DNA of 64,000 bases from the IMG/VR virus record IMGVR_UViG_3300005739_000025, one strand, 5' to 3'. This document shows positions 28,224-39,161 of this stretch, one piece after another (positions within the stretch are counted from its first letter, which is position 1; each line of letters begins with the position of its first letter). The stretch comes from a virus. Its lineage: Duplodnaviria > Caudoviricetes. The position numbers were made by a program, and so were the translations under genes. The notes beneath the pieces are model-generated. The model made no database searches. It worked only from the letters and a program-made list of their open reading frames with translations, and was not told the origin of the DNA.

Positions 28224-28651
28224 ACAAATACTTTCAAGCTTTAAATAGGGGTTGGGACGTAGATGAAGATTCAGGGTTTAAATTTAAACATATAAATCCT
28301 TATGAATATGACATGATATATTTTCCATATATTCAAGGTTTTTATAAAATTATAAAGAATAAAAAATTTAAAATGTCTTTCGAGCCTCCTTGGTTTATAG
28401 CGCCTGTTAAGCTTTCTGAATCTTTATTAAATGATGCTAAAAAATGGGAAAAAGCTCATTTAATTCTTCTTAGAGAAATTAACCCAGATACGTTATGGGA
28501 GGATCTTTATATGATAGCTGATAAGTCAAGCACCCCCAACCATTTAAAATCTCAAATACTATCTGCTTCTTTACGTCCTAACTTTATAAAAAGAATGAAG
28601 CCAGAGACTCAAAAACATTTTAAAGATATTTTTATAGGATTAGAAGATTAG
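28220..28651 (+). CDS. Tagged protein (KPETQKHFKDIFIGLED)
   Basis: C-terminal motif; ATGA coupling. Confidence 0.75.
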   Translation: MNKYFQALNRGWDVDEDSGFKFKHINPYEYDMIYFPYIQGFYKIIKNKKFKMSFEPPWFIAPVKLSESLLNDAKKWEKAHLILLREINPDTLWEDLYMIADKSSTPNHLKSQILSASLRPNFIKRMKPETQKHFKDIFIGLED

Positions 28652-30041
28652 ATCAAGTATTCTATAAAGTCTAGGAACATCAAGCTTAAAATGATAGTTG
28701 ATAAAATTTAGAGTTCCTTTATACTTCTATTAAATCTACAGATCTAATAGCGGGGTTGCTCTATTAGCTCCCCCGCACGCTAATAGATACACATACACAT
28801 ATACGATATAACATTATGCACGTTAACGGATACATGCCTTACGTTGGAATAACGGCCAGTGATATGATTAAAAAACTGGATATACATTTTGTCTCTACAA
28901 AGGATGGATTAATGAAGGTAGATGAGTCTACCAAAGAGTTCAATCCAGTAAATAATTATGAACGGAAACTGTACTATCAGTCCGAGTGGGAAAAGAACGG
29001 ATACAGAGTATATTGATACTCTCTATTGCGATTGTAAGATAGAAGATATTAATAGAGCTTTAGATGAGCTTGATAACTATCTTGGCATCAATCCATTTGC
29101 TACTATAAGTAAAATAAATAGAGACAAGCTTAATAATGTTCTAGATAAAATGTATGAAACCCACGGACGACTCAAACAAAGATTATACAGTTGATTGGTT
29201 AAAATCTAAAGAAGATTTTCCAAAATGGCTTTCTAAGATTTTCTGCTCTAAAGAGTATGAGCTCCGTATGCAGGCCCTCAAAAGAATTAATTCTGAGAGT
29301 ATGAACGTGGATGTAGAGAAGAATTAAGTCTGAACAAACCCTATACCTTACTCTTAATTGATTGTAAATTTTTAATCTAGGAACCTCAACACCATAAATA
29401 ATATGGTGATCAAGATGTATGAGGTTACCGTTAAAGGTAGTTGGGGCTCAAGGAGTTACACAGTAGGTAAAATAGAGAAGGATTTGTTAGTACGTGTATT
29501 TAAAGGTGTTACAAAAGTGAAAGAAATAGAGTTGCCGGATCAGGAAAAAGCCTCCATAATTCCTGGTGATGAATAAGAGAAACACATTCGAAGAAGCCAT
29601 GACAGCTTATAGGCTTCGTTCAGATCAAATGCGCGGTATTCTCCGTAGAATTGCTTCTGCAAGATTAGTTAATGGGGGAGCTGAGGAGGTTGGATCCTCA
29701 GACATCAACCATGAACTCCATGCTATGTATAATGAGTATGGAGGAGATTTCGACGCCATTCTACTTGATTCTCTCTCTGAGTATGCAGCCTGAAACAGCT
29801 ATTGAAAACTTAGGAACGATCTTTGCTTATGACGCCGATGGGTATGAAATCTGCGTTGGAGATTATGTATCCCATAATAGGAAGCTCTATAGAGTGCAAA
29901 AGCTTAAGTGGGATGTTTCCGGTGATGGACTTTATCGTGAGACTGTTTACCTAGAGCTCATACACGTCAAATCAACAAGGATTAAAATTGTTGAGGACAA
30001 AGATGTTGAGCTCCTCAACTAGTTCCGGCATAATAAGGACA

Positions 30042-30332
30042 ATGAAGATCAAAAACGTCAAAAAGTATACGATTAGTGAACCGAAGCGCACTACAAGTCA
30101 TGCGTATTTCTTTCATGATAAAGAGTCTATAGCAGATAACTTTGTCAATAGACGTCAACGTCCCTATGAGGTGTATAAGTATTTGCTTCTTGAACTACTT
30201 CATAAGGAAGGCATTACAGGTGTCAAACCACAATGGAGACAGCGCTGTGGATGTTCCTGTGGCTGTTCGCCTGGGTTTGTTCTCCAGGGCCTGAACAACT
30301 TCCATAAGGACTTCTTTATTGACGTCGAATAA
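30042..30332 (+). CDS. Cys-motif phage protein (WRQRCGCSCGCSPGF)
   Basis: AGTTCC-gg-CATAAT 7 nt before ATG 30042. Confidence 0.6.
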   Translation: MKIKNVKKYTISEPKRTTSHAYFFHDKESIADNFVNRRQRPYEVYKYLLLELLHKEGITGVKPQWRQRCGCSCGCSPGFVLQGLNNFHKDFFIDVE

Positions 30333-30333
30333 A

Positions 30334-30347
30334 GGTTCCGATATACT
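30334..30347 (+). promoter_or_regulatory. Representative GTTCC-NN-TATACT promoter (about 21 copies in window)
   Basis: GGTTCC 30334-30339, TATACT 30342-30347, ATG 30356; same geometry at 2548, 10615, 13862, 21590, 24449, 25166, 30021, 30576, 31713, 31927, 32304, 32865, 33454, 33672, 33947, 34720, 34929, 35162, 35477, 35722. Confidence 0.8.
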
Positions 30348-30596
30348 GTTAGGTGATGAATAAGAAACGCGACTACAGGGTCGTTTATTATGACTGGAAG
30401 GAAGATGCACCTGTGGGGGATATTATCCGTTACGGAAGGAAATACAAGAACTTCTTCCAGCTCCCCTATGATGATGGGAACTATATCGTGTTTTCCAACT
30501 TTAAAATCAAGTCCGGAGAGGACTGTGAAAAGCTAATCTTTCTGGACGTCTCAGAATTTTGTTGATCTAATAAAAGGTTCCGGTATAATAAATTGT

Positions 30597-31088
30597 ATGA
30601 ACATCAAAGAAGAATTGAAATTGTTGAAGGCTACTGGACGGCTCTCTACCCACCCGCACATTCATTGTTGTAAGTGTAATGGGAAGACCACGGCTTTTGG
30701 CACTAATCTGCAGGGCAAGATTCAGAAAGCCGGTGGATTAGAAGAACTTCTATCAACTTTTGAGTGTAGAAGTTGTAGAAACGCTGGAAAACCAGTCATC
30801 GTAAAAGTAAATACTGGGATGAAGAAAAAGCGTAAACCCAAGGAGCTCAGGACTTCTGAGCTTTTGAAGAATCCACCAAAGATGAACTTTTCCCCGCGGG
30901 CCCGCTTGAGTCTCTTAGAGCATCCAGAGATTACAGCTGAGTTGACGTCTGTGGCTTGTGTTCGTCCTGATATTTATCTAGATTCTGAACGCACATGTGA
31001 TTACTGCAACCTTTATCAATTGTGCAAAGCACCTTGCCGGAAGCTCTCCAAACATGGATGGCAGGTTAAGGAGCTAATAAATGCATAG
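30597..31088 (+). CDS. Cys-rich putative zinc-finger protein
   Basis: HCCKC, CRSC and C-terminal C..CDYC..C..C clusters. Confidence 0.6.
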   Translation: MNIKEELKLLKATGRLSTHPHIHCCKCNGKTTAFGTNLQGKIQKAGGLEELLSTFECRSCRNAGKPVIVKVNTGMKKKRKPKELRTSELLKNPPKMNFSPRARLSLLEHPEITAELTSVACVRPDIYLDSERTCDYCNLYQLCKAPCRKLSKHGWQVKELINA

Positions 31089-31656
31089 AACTATTATTCT
31101 TATTGGACCAGAGGGGGTAGGGAAGTCCTCGGTAAGTGATATATTATCCAAAAGACTTAATTTACCTATGGCCTTCTCTGACTATTTTGTCAGGACAAGG
31201 ATCAACGAATCAAAGAAATTCTCTACCTTAAAAGCCCTATATTATCGTCTAGTCAAAGGCTTCTGGACTTTTTACAAATACATAAAGCCTTTTGAGGCTG
31301 ATGTTGTTGTAGAGGTATTGAATAAGACAAAGAATGGGATTATTGATTTTGGTGCCGGGCATTCTGTTTTTGACGACGAAAAGCTGTTTGATAGGGTAAA
31401 AAAAGCCTTTGAGCCCCATAGATTTGTTTTTTTACTACTACCATCCCCGGACTTAGACAAATCAATTAAAATACTAAATGATGCCAATCCTCACCTCTTA
31501 AAAATCAAACCAAACATAACCGAACACTTTATTAAGAGCAAGTGTAATTACGAATTGGCCAAATATGTTATATACACCAAAGACAAGCTTTTTGATAAAG
31601 TAGCCCAAGAGATCATAGACATCATTCTTAAAGAGGAACGCAAAAAAGAGGAATAG
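31081..31656 (+). CDS. Shikimate-kinase-like P-loop kinase
   Basis: IILIGPEGVGKS, SD, IIDFGAG. Confidence 0.65.
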   Translation: MHRTIILIGPEGVGKSSVSDILSKRLNLPMAFSDYFVRTRINESKKFSTLKALYYRLVKGFWTFYKYIKPFEADVVVEVLNKTKNGIIDFGAGHSVFDDEKLFDRVKKAFEPHRFVFLLLPSPDLDKSIKILNDANPHLLKIKPNITEHFIKSKCNYELAKYVIYTKDKLFDKVAQEIIDIILKEERKKEE

Positions 31657-31947
31657 TTCAAAGGACCCTTGAACTTCTCACGAAAAACTACTTTCTGGTT
31701 GACTTTCTTTTCGGTTCCGCAATAATATTAACAATGAACAGATACGAAAAGTATGAATGGTTGGAGCAAACGTGCTCGGAGAAGTTTATGAAAGAAGAGT
31801 TCGTTCTTGAGCTTCTTCATTATATGGGCGAGGATGACTTTGAAGATTTCTACGACAGATTGTGCAGGCTTTGGGATATTGCCAAGAGCCCGGAAGAGCT
31901 GGAGAAACAATTTGCCTAAGATTAAAGGTTCCGGTAATATATTAGGT

Positions 31948-32229
31948 ATGATAATGACACCGAAAGCAAAGCAATACGGACGTAAGCTCCAGGAGATCTC
32001 AGAAAAGTATCTGAAGAGGAACGTCAAGTTGTTCAAAGCCGGGGAATTAGGCTTTAAGGATGATGTAAGGATGATCTTTGATGATGCAAGCACTCTCTAC
32101 CTGGCCGGAGGCTTTATGGTTCATGGCGACTTCGATCAGGCCTATGGTATGTTGTCTAAGATGGATACAGCAGTGAGGGAGGAAGTACCAGCTTATATCT
32201 GGAATTACTTGGAAAAGTTCGCCAAGTAA
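31948..32229 (+). CDS. Early protein, paralogue of 35182-35475
   Basis: MIMTPKAKQYG...DTAVREEVPAYIWNYLEKF; start set by promoter geometry. Confidence 0.65.
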   Translation: MIMTPKAKQYGRKLQEISEKYLKRNVKLFKAGELGFKDDVRMIFDDASTLYLAGGFMVHGDFDQAYGMLSKMDTAVREEVPAYIWNYLEKFAK

Positions 32230-32529
32230 CTAATCATCGAAGATGCGTTGCCGGCCCGGAGAGGGGCTATTAACCACAGATAAAAGCCTGGCAAGGGGAT
32301 AAGGGTTCCGGTATACTTTAAACAATGAACAAACCAATGGTCGATTTACTGGTCGATAGGCTCAGAAAGACATGGGCTCTGGCAGAATCTTTGAATGGGG
32401 TAAGAGGGGTGGCTCAGATTAGACGGGACTATTGCGATACGTGCAATGATATTATCGGACTGCTTAAAAAAGAACACGGTCTTAGTAGTGAAGAGGTAAA
32501 TAAGATTTGGACTGATATAGAGGACTAAT

Positions 32530-32739
32530 ATGAACGGAGACATCAAAAGACAATTCAAAGTCAATCTGAAGATGGTAGGTCTAGACGGAAATGCGTTTGC
32601 TATCATGGGGGCATTTCAGGCTCAGGCCAGAAAAGAGGGCTGGACAAAAGAAGAGATCAATGAGGTCTTGGATAAAGCCAGGTCAGGGGATTACGATAAT
32701 CTTGTGGCAACTATAGCAGAACATTGTGTTAATCCGTAG
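32530..32739 (+). CDS. Conserved small phage protein
   Basis: VGLDGNAFAIMG...ARKEGW...SGDYDNL motif. Confidence 0.6.
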   Translation: MNGDIKRQFKVNLKMVGLDGNAFAIMGAFQAQARKEGWTKEEINEVLDKARSGDYDNLVATIAEHCVNP

Positions 32740-33967
32740 AAAAACGGAGGAAATCTAGTAAAAACCTGCAGATTTAATAGCAAAACCGAGCGAATAGGTG
32801 CGTATATCTGATAGGAACGTATTACATATCACGGTGTTACATTATTTCGCTTGAAGATATCGTAAGTTCCTGCATAATGATTGGGATGAATAAGAAAAAC
32901 GAAGAAAAGCTCAAACAGAAGCAATTGAAAGCAATCAACGGTCGATTAGAGAAGCTCGTCGACAAGATGAACAAAGACTACAACAACTGCATCCAGGAGC
33001 TTTTGCAGCTCTCGGTGCTGTTGCAGAACATCGAAACAAGCGGTGAAGCGCTCAACACCAACAAGGCTCTGATGCGATAATGGATAAGAACTATACATTA
33101 CAAGAGCTCTCTGATTTGCTTGTTCAGCTCGGCAAAAAGCGTCACGGACTAGATTGCGCTTATCCTTTTGCACTCGGAACGGTTATAGGGATGGTGGACT
33201 TCCATATTAAGAACAACCCTGATAGGCTTCAAGAGGTCATTAACGAGCGCTATAGCTTTACACAGAAAGAACTAGCCAATGCACATAAGTAACGTAGATT
33301 GGGCCCTGGAGGCCGTAGATAGAGCAGCCCAGGCTGAAGAACTAGAGACTCTCGTAGCGGAAATCAAGTCTATAGTTGAGTCTCCGTTCTATAAAGACTC
33401 AATGCTCAGGTCTTTGATTACAAGGGAGATACAAAAAGCTGGTTACTAACAAAGGTTCCTCTATACTTAAACGTGATGAATAAGAACACCAAATTCCACA
33501 AAGACCTCTTGGCCTTTGTCCGTTACATCCACAACAACGACACCATGACCATGGAGAAGAAGTACTACGCTTTGGTCTCCACTCTGGGACACGACCTCAA
33601 CGGGGTGATCAATGAAGATGCTTTCTTCTCACCGCGGTGCTCGGGTTATTCCAAGCTGGAAGAGTAATTAAGGTTCCGGTATTATAGGAGCTGATGAATA
33701 AGAAAGAACTAACCAAGGACTCTATCACCGGGGCGGTATTCCGGTATGGTACGGCCAAGCTAGGCAACCACTGGATGGATGGTGAGGAGGTTGTTATGAT
33801 AACCCTCAAGTCCTTAAAGGACGGGTATGCCTCCTACCATCAGGTCGTTGATCTCAACACGGCCTACGAGCTCAAGTGTCAATTGGACAGGCTTTTGGGG
33901 ATCCAAATGCGTAATTGGGCCAAGAATCAGCTTGTAAACCGCTAATAGTTCCGTTACTCTATTAACA

Positions 33968-34333
33968 ATGGCTAAAGTAGAACACCGTAGAATCAATCGC
34001 ACCGTTGTCACGATCACCGAGGACGAGCTTCTCAAGAACCTCAAATCGACATACGCAGACATCATTCTTGATACAGACAGAGAAGATCTGGCCTCGGTCG
34101 TTGGCAGGTTTCTCAATGATTGTAGAGAAGTGGAACAACAGCGCTATGTCAAGCTGTTCAGGGATGGTATGACTATGATGCTCCTAGGGGACACGTTTGG
34201 GACCGTTGTGGACAAGTACTTCATCGATAAGAAGAAGCCCAAGCACTACGATACCGGGGAAATGGAGATCTTGGTGGTCATTGATTGCGGGGATCACATG
34301 CAGACCATTTACGAACAAGACCTCCAATACTAA
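33968..34333 (+). CDS. Hypothetical early protein
   Basis: AGTTCC-gt-TACTCT 7 nt before ATG. Confidence 0.55.
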   Translation: MAKVEHRRINRTVVTITEDELLKNLKSTYADIILDTDREDLASVVGRFLNDCREVEQQRYVKLFRDGMTMMLLGDTFGTVVDKYFIDKKKPKHYDTGEMEILVVIDCGDHMQTIYEQDLQY

Positions 34334-34674
34334 AGTCTTATTCATCAACCGCCCGGATGAGAAAATATCGGGCTTGCACCGAGGCGGTTCTTCATATATT
34401 ATAAAGATCTAACATGAAACAAAAAACGAAACAGAAACTGGTTAGTAATCAAATCCAAAGCATCCGTAACGCTATCAAGGGCCTTTATCAGCTCAAGCGC
34501 AATGGTTGTTACTTGGATGCTCGTCAGCGCAAGGCCGTCTATGCTATCGCTAGCAATGACCTCGCCCCGCTCGAGTGGGCCTAAGACCAGGTTCTTTGGT
34601 TAAGTAGTATAGCTTCCCTTCAATGGGCCACGTACTACGAGTACTAGGCTAGAATAGTACGGAACAACAACAAT

Positions 34675-34701
34675 AAAGGGTAGGTCTAGCACTACCCTTT
34701 T
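34675..34701 (+). terminator. Probable intrinsic terminator
   Basis: aaagggtag/ctacccttt stem. Confidence 0.55.
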
Positions 34702-35181
34702 CCCCTGGAATAGATTTAAAGTTCCCGTATACTGATTGGTGATGAATAAGACAAACGAACTGATCAAGATCCTAGACGAGTTCTATGGCAATGGCATATT
34801 GGGTTTAGCCTCAAAGGTCGGCTACTTGACGGGTATGCTAAAGGAGATAGAACTGGAGTACAAGTCCGCTGGGACAATCTACGAAGAGCACATCCAGCAC
34901 ATCAAAAAGAATCTTTGCAAGTAATTAAAGTTCCGCTATACTGATAGGTGATGAAACACAAAATTCAAATTTTAGATGGCTGTGGGCGGGAAATTAAGAT
35001 TATTGAACGCACTCTTAAGTACAAAGGTTTGTTCAAAGGTAATGTAAACATACCACCTCTTTTTTGTAGCTATAAAGGCACGAGTTATAGCGTTGCGTAT
35101 GATATACTCGAAAAGCGCAATAAAACTTATTTAGACAACTTTTGCATTGTAGTTGATTAAAGGTTCCGATATACTATTGGT

Positions 35182-35475
35182 ATGATTAAGACACCGAAAG
35201 GCAAAGAGTACGGTAAGCGCATGAAGGTTCTCTCCATCACTTACCTCACCAAGAACACCAAGCTGTTCTTCAACGGTCAGTGGGAGGAAGACGATATCGA
35301 ACTGCTCTACACCGACGCAGCTAACCTTGCCATGATTGGTCAGTACCTGATCGATGGCAATATCAACGCAGCCTACAGTCTTGCTTCTGAGCTTGACACG
35401 CTCGTCCGCGATGAGATCCCGAACTCGGTCTGGAACTACATGCAGAAGTATACAGAAGAGCTTGCTGCAGCTTAA
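35182..35475 (+). CDS. Early protein, paralogue of 31948-32229
   Basis: MIKTPKGKEYG...DTLVRDEIPNSVWNYMQKY. Confidence 0.65.
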   Translation: MIKTPKGKEYGKRMKVLSITYLTKNTKLFFNGQWEEDDIELLYTDAANLAMIGQYLIDGNINAAYSLASELDTLVRDEIPNSVWNYMQKYTEELAAA

Positions 35476-36466
35476 CAGTTCCGCTATACTGATAGGTGAT
35501 GAATAAGAAAACGTTCAAGTTCGAGGTCAGCTTTAACCTCAACCTAGCCAAAGGAGAGAAGCTCGACACAACGTCGATCCGCTCTTTTCAGACCCAGCTC
35601 TTCAATTTCGTCCAGGAGTGGAATGGCAATAACGGCTACTTCTATGGCTATGACTCCATCTACGGCGATAGAGACATCGACCCTACCGCCATCAAGGTTA
35701 AAAGGCTTGTCAGCCGCTAAGCTTCCTGCATAATAATTGTATGATCAATAACATCATCCAGTACATCAAAGACGTTAAGCATACGATGAGCTATAGCACC
35801 ACCGATGACATCATCTGGATCTATATGCCATTGGTCGTTATGATAGCGACGGTGTCGTTTGCTATCTGCTCTATCATCTTCACCATCCTTTAATATGACC
35901 GAACAACAACTCATCACAATGATAGCCGTTATGTCATGGCTGTCCGAACAATCACTCCAAGTCAAAGTCTGGAACAACTAATATGTCATTCGACGTCGAT
36001 ACACTCAAGCACACAAACGTACTTAATGTTGATCAGCTCTATCAAGACTATCCTCTTGGATCGATTGATGACCTCAATCCATCTGATGATAAAGAAGAGC
36101 TGAGACATATTGAGCTATTGTCTAAAGAAGTACTCAGTGAAGAAGAGGCCCAGGAGCTGGACCTCCTAACGGACAAGTTTATTAACGATCTGAATGATCG
36201 GGTAAGTAAGATAGTCTTCTGAGACGCACATGATGTGGTGATGGATAGCTAGAGGGTGTGGTCTAGCTATAGAGGTGGGTGGGGTGCTAGAGACTGTGGT
36301 GGTTCTCTAGCACCCCCGTGTGTCTAGAGAGCAGCACGGCTATAGAGGCTAAGGACGGAAATTTGCTCTATATAGAGAACAGGGTCTTAAACTTGGGTTC
36401 CCATGCTTCCGCGCGGGTGCAAATTTTTCGTGCTAAAATCAGCTATATGGAACTTAGACCGGAGTA

Positions 36467-36907
36467 TTATCTATCCAATACATCTACTATATCACCAAAG
36501 AGTTCTTTTGATTGTGGCTTTAAGGTTTCAGAGAAGTCTTCTTCCTCTTTATAGCCTATACCTGTATCGGTAAAGGCACCTTTAAGTAATTCTAGTAACG
36601 TCTTTTTACTAGATATATGAGCTATTCTCATTGTTTTTTTATGCCTATTATATGGAGCTTCATATGTCTTTATATGCTTATCTATATTAGCCCAATTACC
36701 AGGTCTATCTTCTGGTTTCATTGTTTTAAATATATTGACCCATTTAATAGGCATCTTCGTTACAGGAAACATCTTTATTAGCGGATCTTTACCTCTAAGA
36801 ACTGAATGATCATACTTTATAAACAGTATCCATAGTCTTTTAACTTTATTGGCTAATACTTCATCATATGTCTTTCCTATATTGGTTAGGTCTCTTTTAA
36901 AGTACAT
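36467..36907 (-). CDS. Tagged protein (KPQSKELFGDIVDVLDR)
   Basis: C-terminal motif; TAAATA 7 nt upstream. Confidence 0.72.
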   Translation of the reverse strand: MYFKRDLTNIGKTYDEVLANKVKRLWILFIKYDHSVLRGKDPLIKMFPVTKMPIKWVNIFKTMKPEDRPGNWANIDKHIKTYEAPYNRHKKTMRIAHISSKKTLLELLKGAFTDTGIGYKEEEDFSETLKPQSKELFGDIVDVLDR

Positions 36908-36914
36908 TCTTATA

Positions 36915-36955
36915 TATTTACATTTTTCGGCAACGACCCTTCGGTTTATATATAA
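36915..36955. repeat. 41-bp direct repeat, copy A
   Basis: tatttacatttttcggcaacgacccttcggtttatatataa; one mismatch to 38365-38405. Confidence 0.9.
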
Positions 36956-37048
36956 GGGAAAAAATTTTTGTGCAAAATTTTCGTTCTAAAATCAGCCATT
37001 AGGTTTTATTATAATTTTTAATTGCTTTTTGTTGATTAAATATTATTA

Positions 37049-37468
37049 ATGGTTGATTGTAATGTTGATAATATATTGGTATCAGGAGCTCAGGTTGGGA
37101 GGGTAAATGGAACATATTCAAATGTCGGACTATTAAGTGGTTTTTCATTCTTTACAAAAGATAATGCTACTCAATACTTCTTTATAAGAATTTCATTAAC
37201 TTCATTAAGATGGGAGATATATGCAACTCCTCTCTTTAGCCCATCTGCACCTCAATCAGTACTTTATTATAGCTCTCAGAGCTTTGATTCAATAGCAAAT
37301 ATCCCTCCATGTCCCTCTGACCCCACTATTGTTTGGTCAGGCCCTTATAACCCAGTACCTACTGTAAGTCAGGTGTCTAAAGTTCAGATGAGAGATTTTA
37401 AATTTGCTACAGCAACAGAAGCTGGGTCAGCTCGCTTTAGACGTCTAGTTGCTTTAGGTTACGTTTAA
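37049..37468 (+). CDS. Hypothetical late protein, possibly tail-associated
   Basis: TAAATA 6 nt upstream; S/T/P-rich, beta-type sequence. Confidence 0.5.
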   Translation: MVDCNVDNILVSGAQVGRVNGTYSNVGLLSGFSFFTKDNATQYFFIRISLTSLRWEIYATPLFSPSAPQSVLYYSSQSFDSIANIPPCPSDPTIVWSGPYNPVPTVSQVSKVQMRDFKFATATEAGSARFRRLVALGYV

Positions 37469-37848
37469 TCTTTTGGTATCCACTCCGAGGCCATCTTCTT
37501 GTGCTCCTCACCGTCCTCACGCTGGGATAGCTCTTCATCTCTACTAGCTATATCTTTATTATATCCCTTTACTATCTTCCAGGCATCTTCTCTTGACTGA
37601 AACTTACCTTCACTATCTATAAATCCATCTTGGAACTTCTTCTTTTCGTACATTTTATAGAATTTTTCAGCAGCGACATCTACGTGTACGTTATTAATAG
37701 CAGCCAGACGCTTAATGATTCTATCATGGACGTTGGCGTGCATATCACCTTTCCTCCCGGCTATTACCTTTCCGGACGGCAATTTTACAGCAGGTGCCAC
37801 TATCTTTAAGTTCTCCAGTAACAGATTTACTATAGAATCAAACTTCAT
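37465..37848 (-). CDS. Probable head-packaged protein (MKFDSIVNLLLE leader)
   Basis: Leader ending LLE; DGFIDSEGKFQSREDA motif. Confidence 0.6.
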   Translation of the reverse strand: MKFDSIVNLLLENLKIVAPAVKLPSGKVIAGRKGDMHANVHDRIIKRLAAINNVHVDVAAEKFYKMYEKKKFQDGFIDSEGKFQSREDAWKIVKGYNKDIASRDEELSQREDGEEHKKMASEWIPKD

Positions 37849-38364
37849 TACTAACCTCTTCTGTTCTTTATATACATAAAGATACGCTCTACTATATCGC
37901 CAGATACAGTCGGACCTAGTTTTTGTTTTACTTCTGGTGTTTCAACTCTCTGGCGAATCCTCTCCATTAACTCGTTATCATCGGTTATGTTATAGAGGTC
38001 TTCAAAGTAATAATCTAATAGTGTATTAGGTGAAAATTGTTCTTTAACCGGCATTGCCTTACGGACAGGTACCTTTTGACCCATTCTCTCCTTATTAGCT
38101 AATTCTCTGGCCTGATCAACTAAGTTAACTATCTTCTTAAAGTCTACACCCATTTGTAAGAACTTTTGATTTAAACTATCCATTTTACCAGATAATAAAT
38201 CCGCATACATACCTGGTGTGTCTTTTTTATAAGATCTAACAACAGACGAGGGTCTTTGGTTATGTTATGGGTTAATTGCTTTAAACCTAACTGGTTAACA
38301 GTCATCATGTCCTGGGCGACGTTTTCTAATAACTTCTTTACTGTCCTATCGAAATTCATATTAT

Positions 38365-38405
38365 TATTTACATTTTTCGGCAACGACCCTACGGTTTATA
38401 TATAA
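38365..38405. repeat. 41-bp direct repeat, copy B
   Basis: tatttacatttttcggcaacgaccctacggtttatatataa; degenerate third copy at 39131-39163. Confidence 0.9.
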
Positions 38406-38468
38406 CGAAAAAATTTTTGCTCGATTTTTTTGTTACAAAACTAGCCATAAGGAACTTAGACCCGGGTA

Positions 38469-39125
38469 TTATGGTATAGCTTCGAATTTACCCTTTATAC
38501 CCAAACCACCACCGGATATTAAACTATTCTTCATATCTGGTGGTACTTCAGTATTAAGAAACTGCATTAATGAGGCAACACCAGCTGCCCCAGGTCCGGT
38601 TATTCTTGGAGGCCTCATTTTTATCTTCCCAGTCTCAAACGCTTTTTGTAATTTATTATATATTTGTTGAAACTTATTAAAATCTCTTTCAGTCTTAAAC
38701 CCCCAATCACCTGTTTTAGGATCTCTTACAATTCTCTGAATAGTCTTTATATCTGTTGATGGGGCGTCAGCAGGTAGTACTTTATAATTTCTATTAGCAA
38801 AAGAATCTTTACTAGAAGCTATGGCCTGTTCAGTAGGTTCTTTTTTAAATAACCACTTATACATTCTATAAGCTGGATCTTCCAACTTATCTCTATCAGC
38901 TCTCAATACATACCCCAATTTTTCACCAAGCTTCTTATCTCTAACGTTCATAGGAAAGTACTGACTTTTAGGTTCTGGTTTATCTACAAAATAGGAATCA
39001 CCACCATAACCAGTAGATCTTACCTTACCAGTTTTCAATATATTACGCACTTCTTCTGAGCCAGTAGAAACACGAGACCCTAAATTTTGTTCTAGTAATC
39101 TGTTTACTAGTCTATCAAAATTCAT
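38469..39125 (-). CDS. Probable head-packaged protein (MNFDRLVNRLLE leader)
   Basis: TAAATA 5 nt before ATG 39125; same leader as 38171-38359 (MNFDRTVKKLLE). Confidence 0.6.
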   Translation of the reverse strand: MNFDRLVNRLLEQNLGSRVSTGSEEVRNILKTGKVRSTGYGGDSYFVDKPEPKSQYFPMNVRDKKLGEKLGYVLRADRDKLEDPAYRMYKWLFKKEPTEQAIASSKDSFANRNYKVLPADAPSTDIKTIQRIVRDPKTGDWGFKTERDFNKFQQIYNKLQKAFETGKIKMRPPRITGPGAAGVASLMQFLNTEVPPDMKNSLISGGGLGIKGKFEAIP

Positions 39126-39161
39126 ATTATTATTTACTATTTGCGGCATAGAACCTTCGGT

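Larger units (their letters stand above)
29555..36222 (+). other. Array of ~25 small co-oriented early-type (host-takeover-like) genes, visibly more GC-rich
   Basis: ORFs mostly 60-190 aa, many starting (GTG)ATG-AAT-AAG, most preceded by a GTTCC-NN-(-10) promoter. Confidence 0.65.

Noticed and set aside
28743-28790. gcgggg...ccccgc hairpin with flanking imperfect inverted repeat as ncRNA
   Set aside because: Short and at the junction after an operon; most simply a terminator or promoter-proximal hairpin.
35717-35977. Minus-strand ORF in the early array
   Set aside because: A + strand GTTCC-type promoter precedes ATG 35741, opening a 50-aa membrane peptide that fits the array; the minus ORF is likely its shadow.
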